DNA from: Thermodesulfobacteriota bacterium
GTDB lineage: Bacteria; Desulfobacterota; Desulfobacteria; Desulfobacterales; SURF-7
Length of the DNA: 33,395 bases
Direction of reading: 5' to 3'
NCBI GenBank assembly: GCA_049320885.1
Contig: JBMORA010000002.1
Location: 1 to 33,395, forward strand
Shown: piece by piece, positions 9,406-18,635 of the stretch
Layout: the number at the start of each line of letters is the position of its first letter
How positions within the stretch are numbered: the stretch's first letter is position 1
The notes under the pieces: model-generated
Told to the model about the DNA's origin: nothing
What the model saw: only the letters and a program-made list of their open reading frames with translations
Databases searched by the model: none
Made by a program: the position numbers and the translations under genes

Positions 9406-10860
9406 ATGAAAAAGACGATCGCCGTATGCGCCGTTTTGGGAATTGCGCTGCCGGCTCTGACCGGCATGTTGCTGCTGCCGAAGGATTATGACATTCCGAC
9501 CATGCTGCGCAGCGCGCCCATCGGCACCGGGTATGCCGCCAAAATGCTCTGCTCCGCCGTTTTCGTGTCGGGCAGGAATCCCGCTTCGGTCTGGCGCGAG
9601 GAGCTGGAGCTGATGCACCGGAATTGGATCCGCGGCCGGATCGATTATGACAGGAAATCCGTGGACGCCTATGCCCTGGGGTTCCTGTTCAAACGGACTG
9701 CCGTGTATCGCGGGGATTGCGGCTGCACCCTGGACCTAGGCTCACCGGCGGATGATTCCGGGAAAAACCGCGACAAGGCTCTTCCCGTTCCCCCGGCAGG
9801 CATGGAAACGGAACCATGGCCCCTGGGGGACATGCCGACTGAGGATCCGCCGCCTTCCGGCATCGACCGCGGGCTGCTCGAGCGCACGCTGGATTGGGCT
9901 TTCAGCGAATCCCACCCGGAACATCCCGTGCGCACCCGGGCCGTGATGGTGCTGTATGACGGCCGGATCGTCGCCGAACGCTATGCGGACGGCTATTCGA
10001 AGGACAGCCGCCTGCTGGGCTGGTCCATGACCAAGAGCGTCACCTCGGCCCTGATCGGGCTGCTGGTCCGGGACGGGCTGCTGGATATCCGCAAACCCGC
10101 CGGCTTTCCCGAATGGAGCGGTCCCGGCGATCCCCGAAGCGCCATCACCATCGATCAACTGCTGCGAATGAGCAGCGGGCTTTCGTTCCAGGAGGATTAC
10201 GAAGAACAGCCGGACTCCGATGCGGGCTTCATGTATTTCACGGTTCCGGACATGGCCGCTTTCGCGGCCCGGAAACCGCCGGAGGCCCGGCCGGACGAGG
10301 AGTTCCATTATTCCAGCGGGACCACCATGCTGTTGTCCCGCATCATCCGGGAGACCCTGGAAAAATCGGATCGGGACCATCGGGCCTTTCCCCGCCGGGA
10401 ATTGTTCCACAGACTGGGAATGAGAAGCGCGGTGGTGGAACACGACCCTTCCGGGACCATGGTGGGCGCCGGGTTCATGTACGCCACGCTGCGGGACTGG
10501 GCCCGGTTCGGCCTTTTGTTCTACGACGACGGCTTTTTCTGCGGGGAGCGGATTCTGCCCGAGGGATGGGTGCGATACTGCCGCACACCGACGCCGACTT
10601 TTTCCGGTTACGGAGCGCAGTTCTGGCTGAACGGCGGGGGCCGGGACCGCTGGCTGCCTGACTGCCCGGAAGACCTTTACAGCGCCCGGGGTCATGAGGG
10701 CCAATACGTCACCATCGTGCCATCCCGGAAAACCGTCATCGTTCGGCTCGGTCATACCGTGGATGAAGAAATCCATTGGAACCACAATTATTTCGTTTCC
10801 AATATCCTGGAAGCCATGCCGGATGAAACCAAACCGGATGAAACGATAACCGGCAACTGA
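9406..10860 (+). CDS. Serine hydrolase, beta-lactamase/AmpC-like family, with N-terminal membrane anchor
   Basis: SxxK motif (WSMTKS), LLRMSSGL, FHYSS, ARGHEGQ. Start 9406 (MKKTIAV) is preferred over 9379. Confidence 0.88.
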   Translation: MKKTIAVCAVLGIALPALTGMLLLPKDYDIPTMLRSAPIGTGYAAKMLCSAVFVSGRNPASVWREELELMHRNWIRGRIDYDRKSVDAYALGFLFKRTAVYRGDCGCTLDLGSPADDSGKNRDKALPVPPAGMETEPWPLGDMPTEDPPPSGIDRGLLERTLDWAFSESHPEHPVRTRAVMVLYDGRIVAERYADGYSKDSRLLGWSMTKSVTSALIGLLVRDGLLDIRKPAGFPEWSGPGDPRSAITIDQLLRMSSGLSFQEDYEEQPDSDAGFMYFTVPDMAAFAARKPPEARPDEEFHYSSGTTMLLSRIIRETLEKSDRDHRAFPRRELFHRLGMRSAVVEHDPSGTMVGAGFMYATLRDWARFGLLFYDDGFFCGERILPEGWVRYCRTPTPTFSGYGAQFWLNGGGRDRWLPDCPEDLYSARGHEGQYVTIVPSRKTVIVRLGHTVDEEIHWNHNYFVSNILEAMPDETKPDETITGN

Positions 10861-10880
10861 AACGGACAAGGAGGCTGGAA

Positions 10881-11405
10881 ATGAAGAAATGCATCAAATT
10901 CATGGCGCTGGCGCTGGTGCTGACCGGTTGTGTCGGCATGCCCGAGGGAGTGAAGCCCGTCGATGATTTCCGATTGGAGAAGTATCTGGGGAAGTGGTAC
11001 GAGATCGCGCGGCTGGATCATTCGTTTGAACGCGGTTTGAGCCGGGTGACGGCGGAGTATGGTCTGGAGGATGACGGTGGCGTGCGGGTGGTCAACCGCG
11101 GTTTTTCCGCGGCGGAAAATCAATGGAAGGAAATCCAGGGCAAGGCCTATTTTGCAGGTGAACCCCATCAGGGGTACCTGAAGGTGTCCTTTTTCGGTCC
11201 CATTTACAGTTCATATATCGTCTTCGAACTGGATCGGGAGACCTACCAGTACGCCCTCGTCTGCGGCCCGGACCGATCCTATTTGTGGATTCTGGCCAGG
11301 CATCCGGTGTTGGAACCGGATGTCCGGGAACGCCTCCTGGCCAAGGCCGCCGCCCTGGGTTTTGACACGAGCGCATTGATCTTCGTCGACCATTCCGGGC
11401 AATGA
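10881..11405 (+). CDS. blc: Outer-membrane lipocalin lipoprotein
   Basis: Lipobox LTGC; YLGKWYEIARL lipocalin motif; LKVSFFGP; YLWILAR; RBS AAGGAGG. Confidence 0.93.
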   Translation: MKKCIKFMALALVLTGCVGMPEGVKPVDDFRLEKYLGKWYEIARLDHSFERGLSRVTAEYGLEDDGGVRVVNRGFSAAENQWKEIQGKAYFAGEPHQGYLKVSFFGPIYSSYIVFELDRETYQYALVCGPDRSYLWILARHPVLEPDVRERLLAKAAALGFDTSALIFVDHSGQ

Positions 11406-11434
11406 ACCCATGGTGACGCATAAGGCGGCCCCAA

Positions 11435-13165
11435 CTATGGATTGGGCGCTGGATCGATGGCCGTCACCTCGCTGATTTTCACGACGCTTTTTCCCCAGCC
11501 GGCCTTGATGGTGTCCAGCGGTTTCAGGCGGTAGGCCGGATCCAGCCGGGTGGGGACCAGGAGCCGGTCCGTTTCGGCGTCATAACTCTGGATGACGAAA
11601 ATCCGGTCGATTCCCTGGCGGAACCAGTCGGCGATGACCTCCCGGTTGCGGTTGGCGTAATGGAAGGTCACCGCGCCCGTCTTGTTCACGATGTAGAGAT
11701 TGGGCCGCTGGGCGATGACGAGAATATCCTCCTGACCGGTAGCGGCGGTTTCGATGCGGTTCAGGATTTTTTGATATTCGTAGTAAAACGGATGGTTTTT
11801 GATCAACCGCTCCTGGGCCCCCAGGGGCCAGAAAAACACCAGGTGAAACAGGCACAGGGGAATCAGCACCCGGCGGGCCGGCCAGCGGAAGCGCTCGGCC
11901 AGGCAGTGGATTCCATAGGTGGACACGATGGCGAGGTAGGGCAGAAACACCACGGAAAACCGATTGCCGCTGAAACCGCTGTAGTCGCAGAGCCGGCAGG
12001 ACGAGAGCAGCAGCAGCAGCGAGATCCCGGTCAGCATGCCGTAGGCCAGGACCACCCTGGTTTCAAACCGGATTCCACCGGGATTCCGGAGCCATTGCCG
12101 GACGATCAGGTAGGCGCCCAGGGCCGCGGTCAGGGAGACCACGGGAGAAATCCCCAGATCGGGGAAGGCGCCCAGCAAAAAGGACAGGTTGCGGCTGATG
12201 TTTTCCAGAAAAAAATCCGGGCTGAAGGCCTGGGCACCGGCAATGGCGCCGCCGAAACGGTCGGCCGAATCCTGGGCCGCATGGATGAACAGCATCCGCT
12301 GCCATACCACGGGGAGATAAAAGACCGGCAGGAAAATCAGGATGCGGGTAGGGGCGAGCAGGGGCATCCGTTTCCGGATGAACGGAACCAGGGCGATGAA
12401 CGCCAGGGTGAAGACAATCGATTCATAGCGGCATTGGGACAGCAGGACCAGGGTCAGCAGCAACAATCCCAGATGGCTGGCGCTCCGGGTTTGCAGTGTT
12501 CTGATGAAAAACAGGCAGGTGAGGATCAGAAACAGAATATTGACGGCCTCGAAACCGCCGGTGGTGACGTAGATCGGAAAAATCGGCATGCCGGCGGTGA
12601 GGAGAATGGCGACGATGCCGAATTCTCCCGGAAGGAAACGGATGATGAGGCCATAGATGCTGAACAGGATCAGAATCCCGGCCAGGAAATTGACGATGAA
12701 CCCGTTATGGCAGTCATAGCCGATGACCGCATGCACGATGGAAATCAAAAAAGGATATAAAAACGGCCTTTTGTCAAGATCGGAGCGGATGAGCTCGATT
12801 TCTCCGTTGAAAACGAAGCCTTCCGCGGGAATCACCGCCGTCTTGTCGTGGTGCATCATCATGGAGACGCCCGCCAGATTGGTTTCATCCGGCAGAACTT
12901 TCATGCGGGGCGGCGAAAGCGTGAAGATCCCGGTCATCAGCGCCACGCAGAGCACCAGGGCCGGCAAGTGGGGCCGGATACGCCGGACAAAATCCGGCAG
13001 AAATTCCCGCACCAGCAAAAGGGTCCATAAAGCGAAAATCAGAAACAGGAAATGATAGGCGAAATGGACCAGGAGCCGGGTGATCATGGATGCGGGCGTC
13101 ATCACCGCGACGGCCAGGGAGAAGATGACGGATGCACAGAACCAAAGGGGGCGCGGGACAGTCAT
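11435..13165 (-). CDS. Polytopic membrane protein, probable GT-C (PMT/ArnT-like) glycosyltransferase
   Basis: Many hydrophobic helices; acidic DE pair in the first large loop (LPDETNL); KRPFLYP; RYE motif; soluble C-terminal domain. Start at 13165 is a guess; the family call is inferred. Confidence 0.6.
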   Translation of the reverse strand: MTVPRPLWFCASVIFSLAVAVMTPASMITRLLVHFAYHFLFLIFALWTLLLVREFLPDFVRRIRPHLPALVLCVALMTGIFTLSPPRMKVLPDETNLAGVSMMMHHDKTAVIPAEGFVFNGEIELIRSDLDKRPFLYPFLISIVHAVIGYDCHNGFIVNFLAGILILFSIYGLIIRFLPGEFGIVAILLTAGMPIFPIYVTTGGFEAVNILFLILTCLFFIRTLQTRSASHLGLLLLTLVLLSQCRYESIVFTLAFIALVPFIRKRMPLLAPTRILIFLPVFYLPVVWQRMLFIHAAQDSADRFGGAIAGAQAFSPDFFLENISRNLSFLLGAFPDLGISPVVSLTAALGAYLIVRQWLRNPGGIRFETRVVLAYGMLTGISLLLLLSSCRLCDYSGFSGNRFSVVFLPYLAIVSTYGIHCLAERFRWPARRVLIPLCLFHLVFFWPLGAQERLIKNHPFYYEYQKILNRIETAATGQEDILVIAQRPNLYIVNKTGAVTFHYANRNREVIADWFRQGIDRIFVIQSYDAETDRLLVPTRLDPAYRLKPLDTIKAGWGKSVVKISEVTAIDPAPNP

Positions 13166-13243
13166 GGGCTTGCTTCCGGGGCTGTGGGCGTTGATAATGG
13201 GACAGGCTAATGGACGGGCCACCAAAGCCGTCGTTTTTCAGGT

Positions 13244-13272
13244 AACCTATTGGAACGCAGCGGGTTTGTCAA
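13244..13272 (-). promoter_or_regulatory. Putative sigma70 promoter of the GT-C-like gene
   Basis: Minus strand TTGACA, 17 bp spacer, TAGGTT. Confidence 0.55.
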
Positions 13273-13389
13273 TATGCAAGCCGCGGAACCGCAGGGCCAG
13301 CGCATGGAAAAACCATCCGCCCGCAACTTCAAGGACCAGGAGCCCGACAACCAGTCGAATGTCCACGCGATTCCCCTGCGCGGAACCGG

Positions 13390-15609
13390 TCAATGGATGG
13401 AGACCTGGGGCATGGGCCGCTCTTCTTCCATGGGATAATCGATCACCGCCGGCCGCGGTCGGACCTTCTTCTTCGGTTTTTCAGCCGGTTTGACCGGTGG
13501 GGCTTTTTTAGGCGCCCGGGATACCGTCCGGACCGGCTTTTTGCGCTTGGACGTAACGGCGTTGCGCGCCAGACGCGCCACTTCCGCGATGTCCTCGTCC
13601 GTGTACACCCCCTTATGCCCGGAGATGGCGGCCAGCTTCATGCCGTGTTTTTGGGCCAGGTCATAGATATCGTTGACTTTCTGCCATTCAATCTCCCGGC
13701 CGATGGTATAATTTTCAAAGCGGCCCTCCAGGGCCAGGGTGATGACCTCCGCCAGACAGGCGTAAGCCACTTTGTGGGGCAGGCCGATATTTTTCATTTC
13801 CGGGTTGCCGGGCAGTTCGATTTCGCCGGATTCGATCACCAGCACGTCCGGGCGTTTGGCCACTTCTTCCGGAGACAGATCCAGGGGCCGGGCCACGTCC
13901 GTGATCACGCAGCCCGGTTTGACCTTCATGATATCCAGCACGCTCTTGCCGGCGGCGGAAGTGGTGGTGACGATCACGTCCATGTCCGCCAGGTATTTGT
14001 CCGCCCGGGTGGAGACTATCACCCCGGCTCGCGGCGTTTCCTCGCGGATGATCTGTTTCAAGGCCAGGAGACGGGCATCCCGGATATCCACCATCACCAC
14101 CTGGTCGAACATCTGGGCCAGGAGTCGGCAGCAGACCGCGCCGATGGAGCCGGAAGCCCCCACCACCATGGCCTTGGCATGAATCCGGTTGCTTCTGGCT
14201 TTGATTTTGATCAGTCCCATGCGCTTGACCGCCTCGATGGCGGCCCAGATGGCTCCGGCCGCGCTGAGGCTGTTTCCGGTGGTGATGGGGATGTCGGCTT
14301 TGCGGGAGACCGTGACGCCGGCATCTCCCACGACCTTGGTGAAGGCCCCGAGACCCATGATCTGGGCGCCCAGGCGCTTGGCCAGGTTGGCGGCCTGAAG
14401 CAATTGGCGATAGGTGAATTCCGGCGCCTTGGAAAGCATCTGCCGGGGGGTACCGCCGATGGTGATGAGCCAACCCTCGGCATCCACACCGCAGGGGGAC
14501 TGGATTCCCGTCACTTTTGAATACACGAACGGCGGAATATACGACACGGCCTTTTCCACCCAGTTGATGAAGTTGTCCGGCGCAAACCGGGAAATGAATT
14601 CCAGGGGCTTGACATTCAGGAAATGCTGCTGGGAAAGCGGATGGATGACAAAGGCGAACCGGGTTTTGCGCTTCTGTTTGCTGAACGGGTAGATGACCCG
14701 GGGATCCATGCGCTGCTCGCTGACGATTTCCAGCAGGTCGTCGTCCGTGATTTCGTTCAGGGGACGGTCCAGGGCGGCCATGATCATGGCTTCCAGGACA
14801 TTGACGGCCACCACCTGCTGTAGAATTTTCGGCGTGGTGTCGATGATGACTTCCACGCCCCGGTCCTTGAGCAACTGGACCCGGTCGTCATAGGCCGTGG
14901 CGGTGATGACGGTCTTGCCTCCCAGTTCGTCCACAAAGAAATTTTGAATATAATGATGGAAGTTCTGGTAGGGAATGACAATGACCTGGGCATCCTTCAC
15001 GGCCCGCCGGAACAGGTAATTGTCGATCCCCCGCAGGGGCGAAATCCGATCGGTGATGGATTTCAGCGGGATCCACTGCATGACCCGATGAACCCGCGTG
15101 GCGTATTTTTCCAATTCCTTCAGTGAATTCAATAGATTGGGGATGCCTTTTTCGATCAGGGGGTCGGCGAATACCAGGTTGGGGGTGTATTCGGCCATGA
15201 CCCGGGACAGGCGATAGCTGAACATCCCCGACATGAACAGGACCCGGGCATTGCTGAAATAACTGCCCTTGCCGAGCTTGTAATTGACATGCCGCAGGGA
15301 CCATTCATAGGCCACCCGCCGGAGCGCCGTGCCGATGGTAACCGGGGTCGCCAGTTTTTTGCCGGCTTCGAGCAGGGCTTCCGTATCCTTGCGGACCAGA
15401 CGGTTGGAGCCGATGGCGTAGGGGAATTTGACATCCCCCAGGCCGATGACATGGGCCTTCTGGTCCCACTGCTTCATCAGTTCCACGGCCTGGTTCACAT
15501 CGCCGTCCGTTCCCAGGCGCCGGATGTGAAAATCCTCGCCGAGAAACCGGGAGTTCATTGTATAGTCCCGTTCACTTGACCCAAGGCTGATGCTGACGAT
15601 TTTTTTCAT
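13390..15609 (-). CDS. Two-domain dehydrogenase: uncharacterised N-terminal domain plus COG5322/acyl-ACP-reductase-like Rossmann domain
   Basis: RBS AGGAGG before MKKIVSISLGSS; FAFVIHPL; IMGLGAFTKVVGD; ITTGNS; VVGASGSIG; DVARP; YACLAE. K/P-rich C-terminal tail. Confidence 0.75.
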   Translation of the reverse strand: MKKIVSISLGSSERDYTMNSRFLGEDFHIRRLGTDGDVNQAVELMKQWDQKAHVIGLGDVKFPYAIGSNRLVRKDTEALLEAGKKLATPVTIGTALRRVAYEWSLRHVNYKLGKGSYFSNARVLFMSGMFSYRLSRVMAEYTPNLVFADPLIEKGIPNLLNSLKELEKYATRVHRVMQWIPLKSITDRISPLRGIDNYLFRRAVKDAQVIVIPYQNFHHYIQNFFVDELGGKTVITATAYDDRVQLLKDRGVEVIIDTTPKILQQVVAVNVLEAMIMAALDRPLNEITDDDLLEIVSEQRMDPRVIYPFSKQKRKTRFAFVIHPLSQQHFLNVKPLEFISRFAPDNFINWVEKAVSYIPPFVYSKVTGIQSPCGVDAEGWLITIGGTPRQMLSKAPEFTYRQLLQAANLAKRLGAQIMGLGAFTKVVGDAGVTVSRKADIPITTGNSLSAAGAIWAAIEAVKRMGLIKIKARSNRIHAKAMVVGASGSIGAVCCRLLAQMFDQVVMVDIRDARLLALKQIIREETPRAGVIVSTRADKYLADMDVIVTTTSAAGKSVLDIMKVKPGCVITDVARPLDLSPEEVAKRPDVLVIESGEIELPGNPEMKNIGLPHKVAYACLAEVITLALEGRFENYTIGREIEWQKVNDIYDLAQKHGMKLAAISGHKGVYTDEDIAEVARLARNAVTSKRKKPVRTVSRAPKKAPPVKPAEKPKKKVRPRPAVIDYPMEEERPMPQVSIH

Positions 15610-15750
15610 GGAGTCCTCCTGCGAATTACCGGTGAACGGAACCCCCGCTTCTTCCTGCGGAGAAAAAACCGCGCCTAAAACGCCTGGAACCACCAAGGCG
15701 ATGTCGCTGGATAAAACCATCGGTTGTTGTTGAGGGTGAATGGATGAATC

Positions 15751-15781
15751 AGTATATATGCAAGCAGGGGGTAGAAGTCAA
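15751..15781 (-). promoter_or_regulatory. Putative sigma70 promoter of the dehydrogenase gene
   Basis: Minus strand TTGACT, 17 bp spacer, then TATATACT (contains TATATA and TATACT). Confidence 0.5.
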
Positions 15782-15798
15782 TAGGATCCTTTTTCCCT

Positions 15799-16803
15799 TT
15801 ACGGAGCCGCGGATTCCGGCATCAGGCGTTCCACCTTGGCGGTTTTTTTCAGTTTTTCAATGTATTGGTCCAGGGCCTTGTAGAATTTTCCCTGTTTCAG
15901 AAACCGTTCGATTTTCCATTTGGCGGTCTGGAAGGATTCCAGGGTCGGCGGCTTGCGATCGCTGACCTTGATGATATGATATCCGTAGGTGGTTTCCACG
16001 ATATCGCTGATCTGGCCCGGCTCCAGTGCAAAGGCGGCGTCCTCCACGGGCTTGAGAATTTGGCCCCGGGCGAAAAAACCGAGTTCCCCGCCGGCTTCGG
16101 CGCTGGGGCTCTGGGAGAATTTTTTGGCCAGGGCCGCGAAGTCCTCGCCCTTCAGCACCCTTTTTTTCAGGAGCAGGAGGGTTTCCCGGGCTTTCAGTTT
16201 GGTCTTTTCATCGGCCCCGGTTTCGACCTTGATCAGAATGTCGCTGGCGCGCACCATTTCCGGTTGGCGGAAGGACTCGCGGTTTTTGTTGTAATAATCG
16301 CTGACTTCGTTTTCCGAAACCGTGATCGTGGCGGCGATTTCCTGATCGATCAGCCGGCGGATCATCTGCTCCTGGAGGATGGAAACCTTGAGTTCCTCCT
16401 CGTTCAGGCGCTGTTTGCGCAAGGCCTGCTGATATTCCTGCTCGGTCTGGTACTGCTGCCGCATGGATTGCAGTTCCTGGTCGAGCATTTCCGCCGGAAT
16501 GGAGATCCCCCGGCGCATGCTCTCCTGATAGAGAAGCTCCCGGTTGATCAGCTCCTCCAGCACGGTTTTTTTCAGTTTCCGCATCCGCTCCTGGTCGATC
16601 TCTTCGTCTTTTTCGCCGCGGATCTGGCGCAGGCGGGCGTCCACCTGGCGGTTCAGATCGCGTTCGAAAATGTCTTCCCCGTTGACCACGGCGATTTTTA
16701 GTCCGGCGACGGGGCCTTCCGAGACCCCGGGCAAACCCGCGGCGGCGGAAAACAGGATCAGGGTCGCGGACAGGAAGATTGTTGAAACAAATGTCGGTTG
16801 CAT
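15799..16803 (-). CDS. Parvulin-type peptidyl-prolyl isomerase (SurA/PrsA-like)
   Basis: Signal-like N-terminus; IAVVNGEDI SurA_N motif; DFAALAKKFSQ..GGELGFF; ETTYGYHIIK. Start uncertain (16803-16875). Confidence 0.9.
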   Translation of the reverse strand: MQPTFVSTIFLSATLILFSAAAGLPGVSEGPVAGLKIAVVNGEDIFERDLNRQVDARLRQIRGEKDEEIDQERMRKLKKTVLEELINRELLYQESMRRGISIPAEMLDQELQSMRQQYQTEQEYQQALRKQRLNEEELKVSILQEQMIRRLIDQEIAATITVSENEVSDYYNKNRESFRQPEMVRASDILIKVETGADEKTKLKARETLLLLKKRVLKGEDFAALAKKFSQSPSAEAGGELGFFARGQILKPVEDAAFALEPGQISDIVETTYGYHIIKVSDRKPPTLESFQTAKWKIERFLKQGKFYKALDQYIEKLKKTAKVERLMPESAAP

Positions 16804-16867
16804 GGGGTGAATCCTTCTCATTGCCGGTTGCCAACTGTCATGGCCATCGATATCAGTTCCGGTCTTT

Positions 16868-17521
16868 TCAGACAAGTCCTTGTTGGGGGCCCCGCGATGG
16901 GAACGGGCAAAAGGCCCCCAAGGGGCATTCCGGGCAGCGGGGCCGGCGGGCGGTGCAATATTCCCGGCCGAGATGGATCAGGCGCAGGGAAAAATCATCC
17001 CATTCCGTCCTGGGGATGAGTTCCATCAGGTCGAACTCGATTTTCACCGGATCCACGGCCCGGGTCAATGCCAGCCGGCCGGAAATCCGGGCCACATGGG
17101 TGTCCACCACCATGCCCGGGATATGGAAGGCGGCACCCAGCACCACATTGGCGGTTTTTCTTCCCACGCCGGGCAGCCGGATGAGCTCCTCCAGGGAGTC
17201 CGGCACCCGGCCGCCGTATTCAGCCACCAGCATGGCGGCGCAATTGCGGATATGGCGGGCCTTGTTGTGGTAAAATCCGGTGGAATGGATCAGGGTTTCG
17301 ATTTCCTTCAGGGGGGCGGCCGCCAGTTCAGCCGGGGTGGCAAAGCGGCTGAAGAGCTTCGGGGTCACCGCGTTCACCTGCCGGTCCGTGCACTGGGCCG
17401 ACAGAATGGTGGCCACCAGGAGTTCAAACGGGTTTTTATGGCGGAGCTGGGTCTTGACATCCGGATAGACGGCTCTTAGTTTCTTCAAAATCTTGGTGAT
17501 TCGGCTTTTGGGCGGCGGCAT
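16868..17521 (-). CDS. nth: Endonuclease III
   Basis: LLVATILSAQCTD; HhH motif LPGVGRKTA; VDTHV; C-terminal CX6CX2CX5C Fe-S motif. Confidence 0.97.
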   Translation of the reverse strand: MPPPKSRITKILKKLRAVYPDVKTQLRHKNPFELLVATILSAQCTDRQVNAVTPKLFSRFATPAELAAAPLKEIETLIHSTGFYHNKARHIRNCAAMLVAEYGGRVPDSLEELIRLPGVGRKTANVVLGAAFHIPGMVVDTHVARISGRLALTRAVDPVKIEFDLMELIPRTEWDDFSLRLIHLGREYCTARRPRCPECPLGAFCPFPSRGPQQGLV

Positions 17522-17623
17522 GCGACGGTTCCTGATGCGGCGCTCCCCGGGTTGGAGGCCGATCCATTAATGTAGTATGGTATATTCAATACAGGATACC
17601 CGATACGGAATGATGTGCTTACC

Positions 17624-18619
17624 ATGAATTCAGCAACAAGAAAAGTGCGGGCTTTGGGATTGTGCTCCGGCGGGCTGGACAGCATTCTGTCGGCCCTGGT
17701 GCTGCGCCGGCAGGGGATCGATGTGGCCTGGGTGGCCTTTGAGACGCCGTTTTTTTCAGCGGAAAAAGCCCGCAAGGCCGCCCGGATGTGCAAGGTGCCG
17801 CTGACGGTCCGGGATATTACCTCCACCTATTTGGAAATGTTGAAAAAACCCGCTTGCGGGTATGGCAAGTACATGAATCCCTGCATGGACTGCCACGCCC
17901 TGATGTTTCGCCTGGCCGGGGAGATCATGACGGCGGAGGGGTTTGATTTTTTGTTCAGCGGGGAAGTCCTGGGCCAGCGTCCCATGTCCCAGACCATGCC
18001 GTCCCTGCGTTACGTGGAAAAACATTCGGGATGGCGGGGCCGGATTCTGCGGCCGCTGAGCGCCAAACGCCTGGCGCCCACGGCCATGGAAACCGACGGT
18101 CTCGTGGACCGGGAACAACTGCTGGACCTTTCCGGCCGGGGGCGGAAGCCCCAGATCCAGCTGGCCGCCGAAATGGGCGTCAGCGAGTATCCGGCGCCGG
18201 CGGGGGGTTGTCTCCTTACCGACAAGGGACACAGCCGACGGCTGCGGGATCTGTTCGACCATCAGCCGGAATACAGCGTCAACGAGCTGCATTTATTGAA
18301 ATTCGGCCGTCATCTGCGCCTCGGGCCGGCGACCCGGATCATCGTGGGCCGCACCCAGTTCGACAACCAGAAAATCGTCGATCATCACGATCCCCGGGCC
18401 CACATGCTGGTGAAGGTCTGCGATCACCCCGGGCCGGTGACCCTGGTTCCCCTGGATATCGACGACGAGCTGCTGCACCGGGCCGCGGCCGTCTGCGCCG
18501 GATACGCGAAAACCCCGGCCGGCGTGGAAGTGACCGTCCGCTGCGAGAGCGCAGCGGGCGTGCGGATCCTGGCGGTCCGTCCCCTTGCTCCCGCGGCCGT
18601 CACGGAATGGATGATCTGA
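17624..18619 (+). CDS. PP-loop tRNA thiolation-like protein (ThiI/MnmA-like, no THUMP domain, DUF814-like C-terminus)
   Basis: SGGLDS PP-loop; NPCMDCH; GEVLGQRPMSQ; PAPAGGCLLTD; GRHLR..IIVGR. Confidence 0.8.
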   Translation: MNSATRKVRALGLCSGGLDSILSALVLRRQGIDVAWVAFETPFFSAEKARKAARMCKVPLTVRDITSTYLEMLKKPACGYGKYMNPCMDCHALMFRLAGEIMTAEGFDFLFSGEVLGQRPMSQTMPSLRYVEKHSGWRGRILRPLSAKRLAPTAMETDGLVDREQLLDLSGRGRKPQIQLAAEMGVSEYPAPAGGCLLTDKGHSRRLRDLFDHQPEYSVNELHLLKFGRHLRLGPATRIIVGRTQFDNQKIVDHHDPRAHMLVKVCDHPGPVTLVPLDIDDELLHRAAAVCAGYAKTPAGVEVTVRCESAAGVRILAVRPLAPAAVTEWMI

Positions 18620-18635
18620 TCTTATTTTTCCATGA

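Noticed and set aside
10819..10848. 15-bp near-duplication encoding PDETK-PDETI
   Set aside because: Small in-frame duplication in a probably disordered C-terminus; no sign of function.
15610..15720. Upstream start for the dehydrogenase
   Set aside because: A strong AGGAGG RBS supports ATG 15609.
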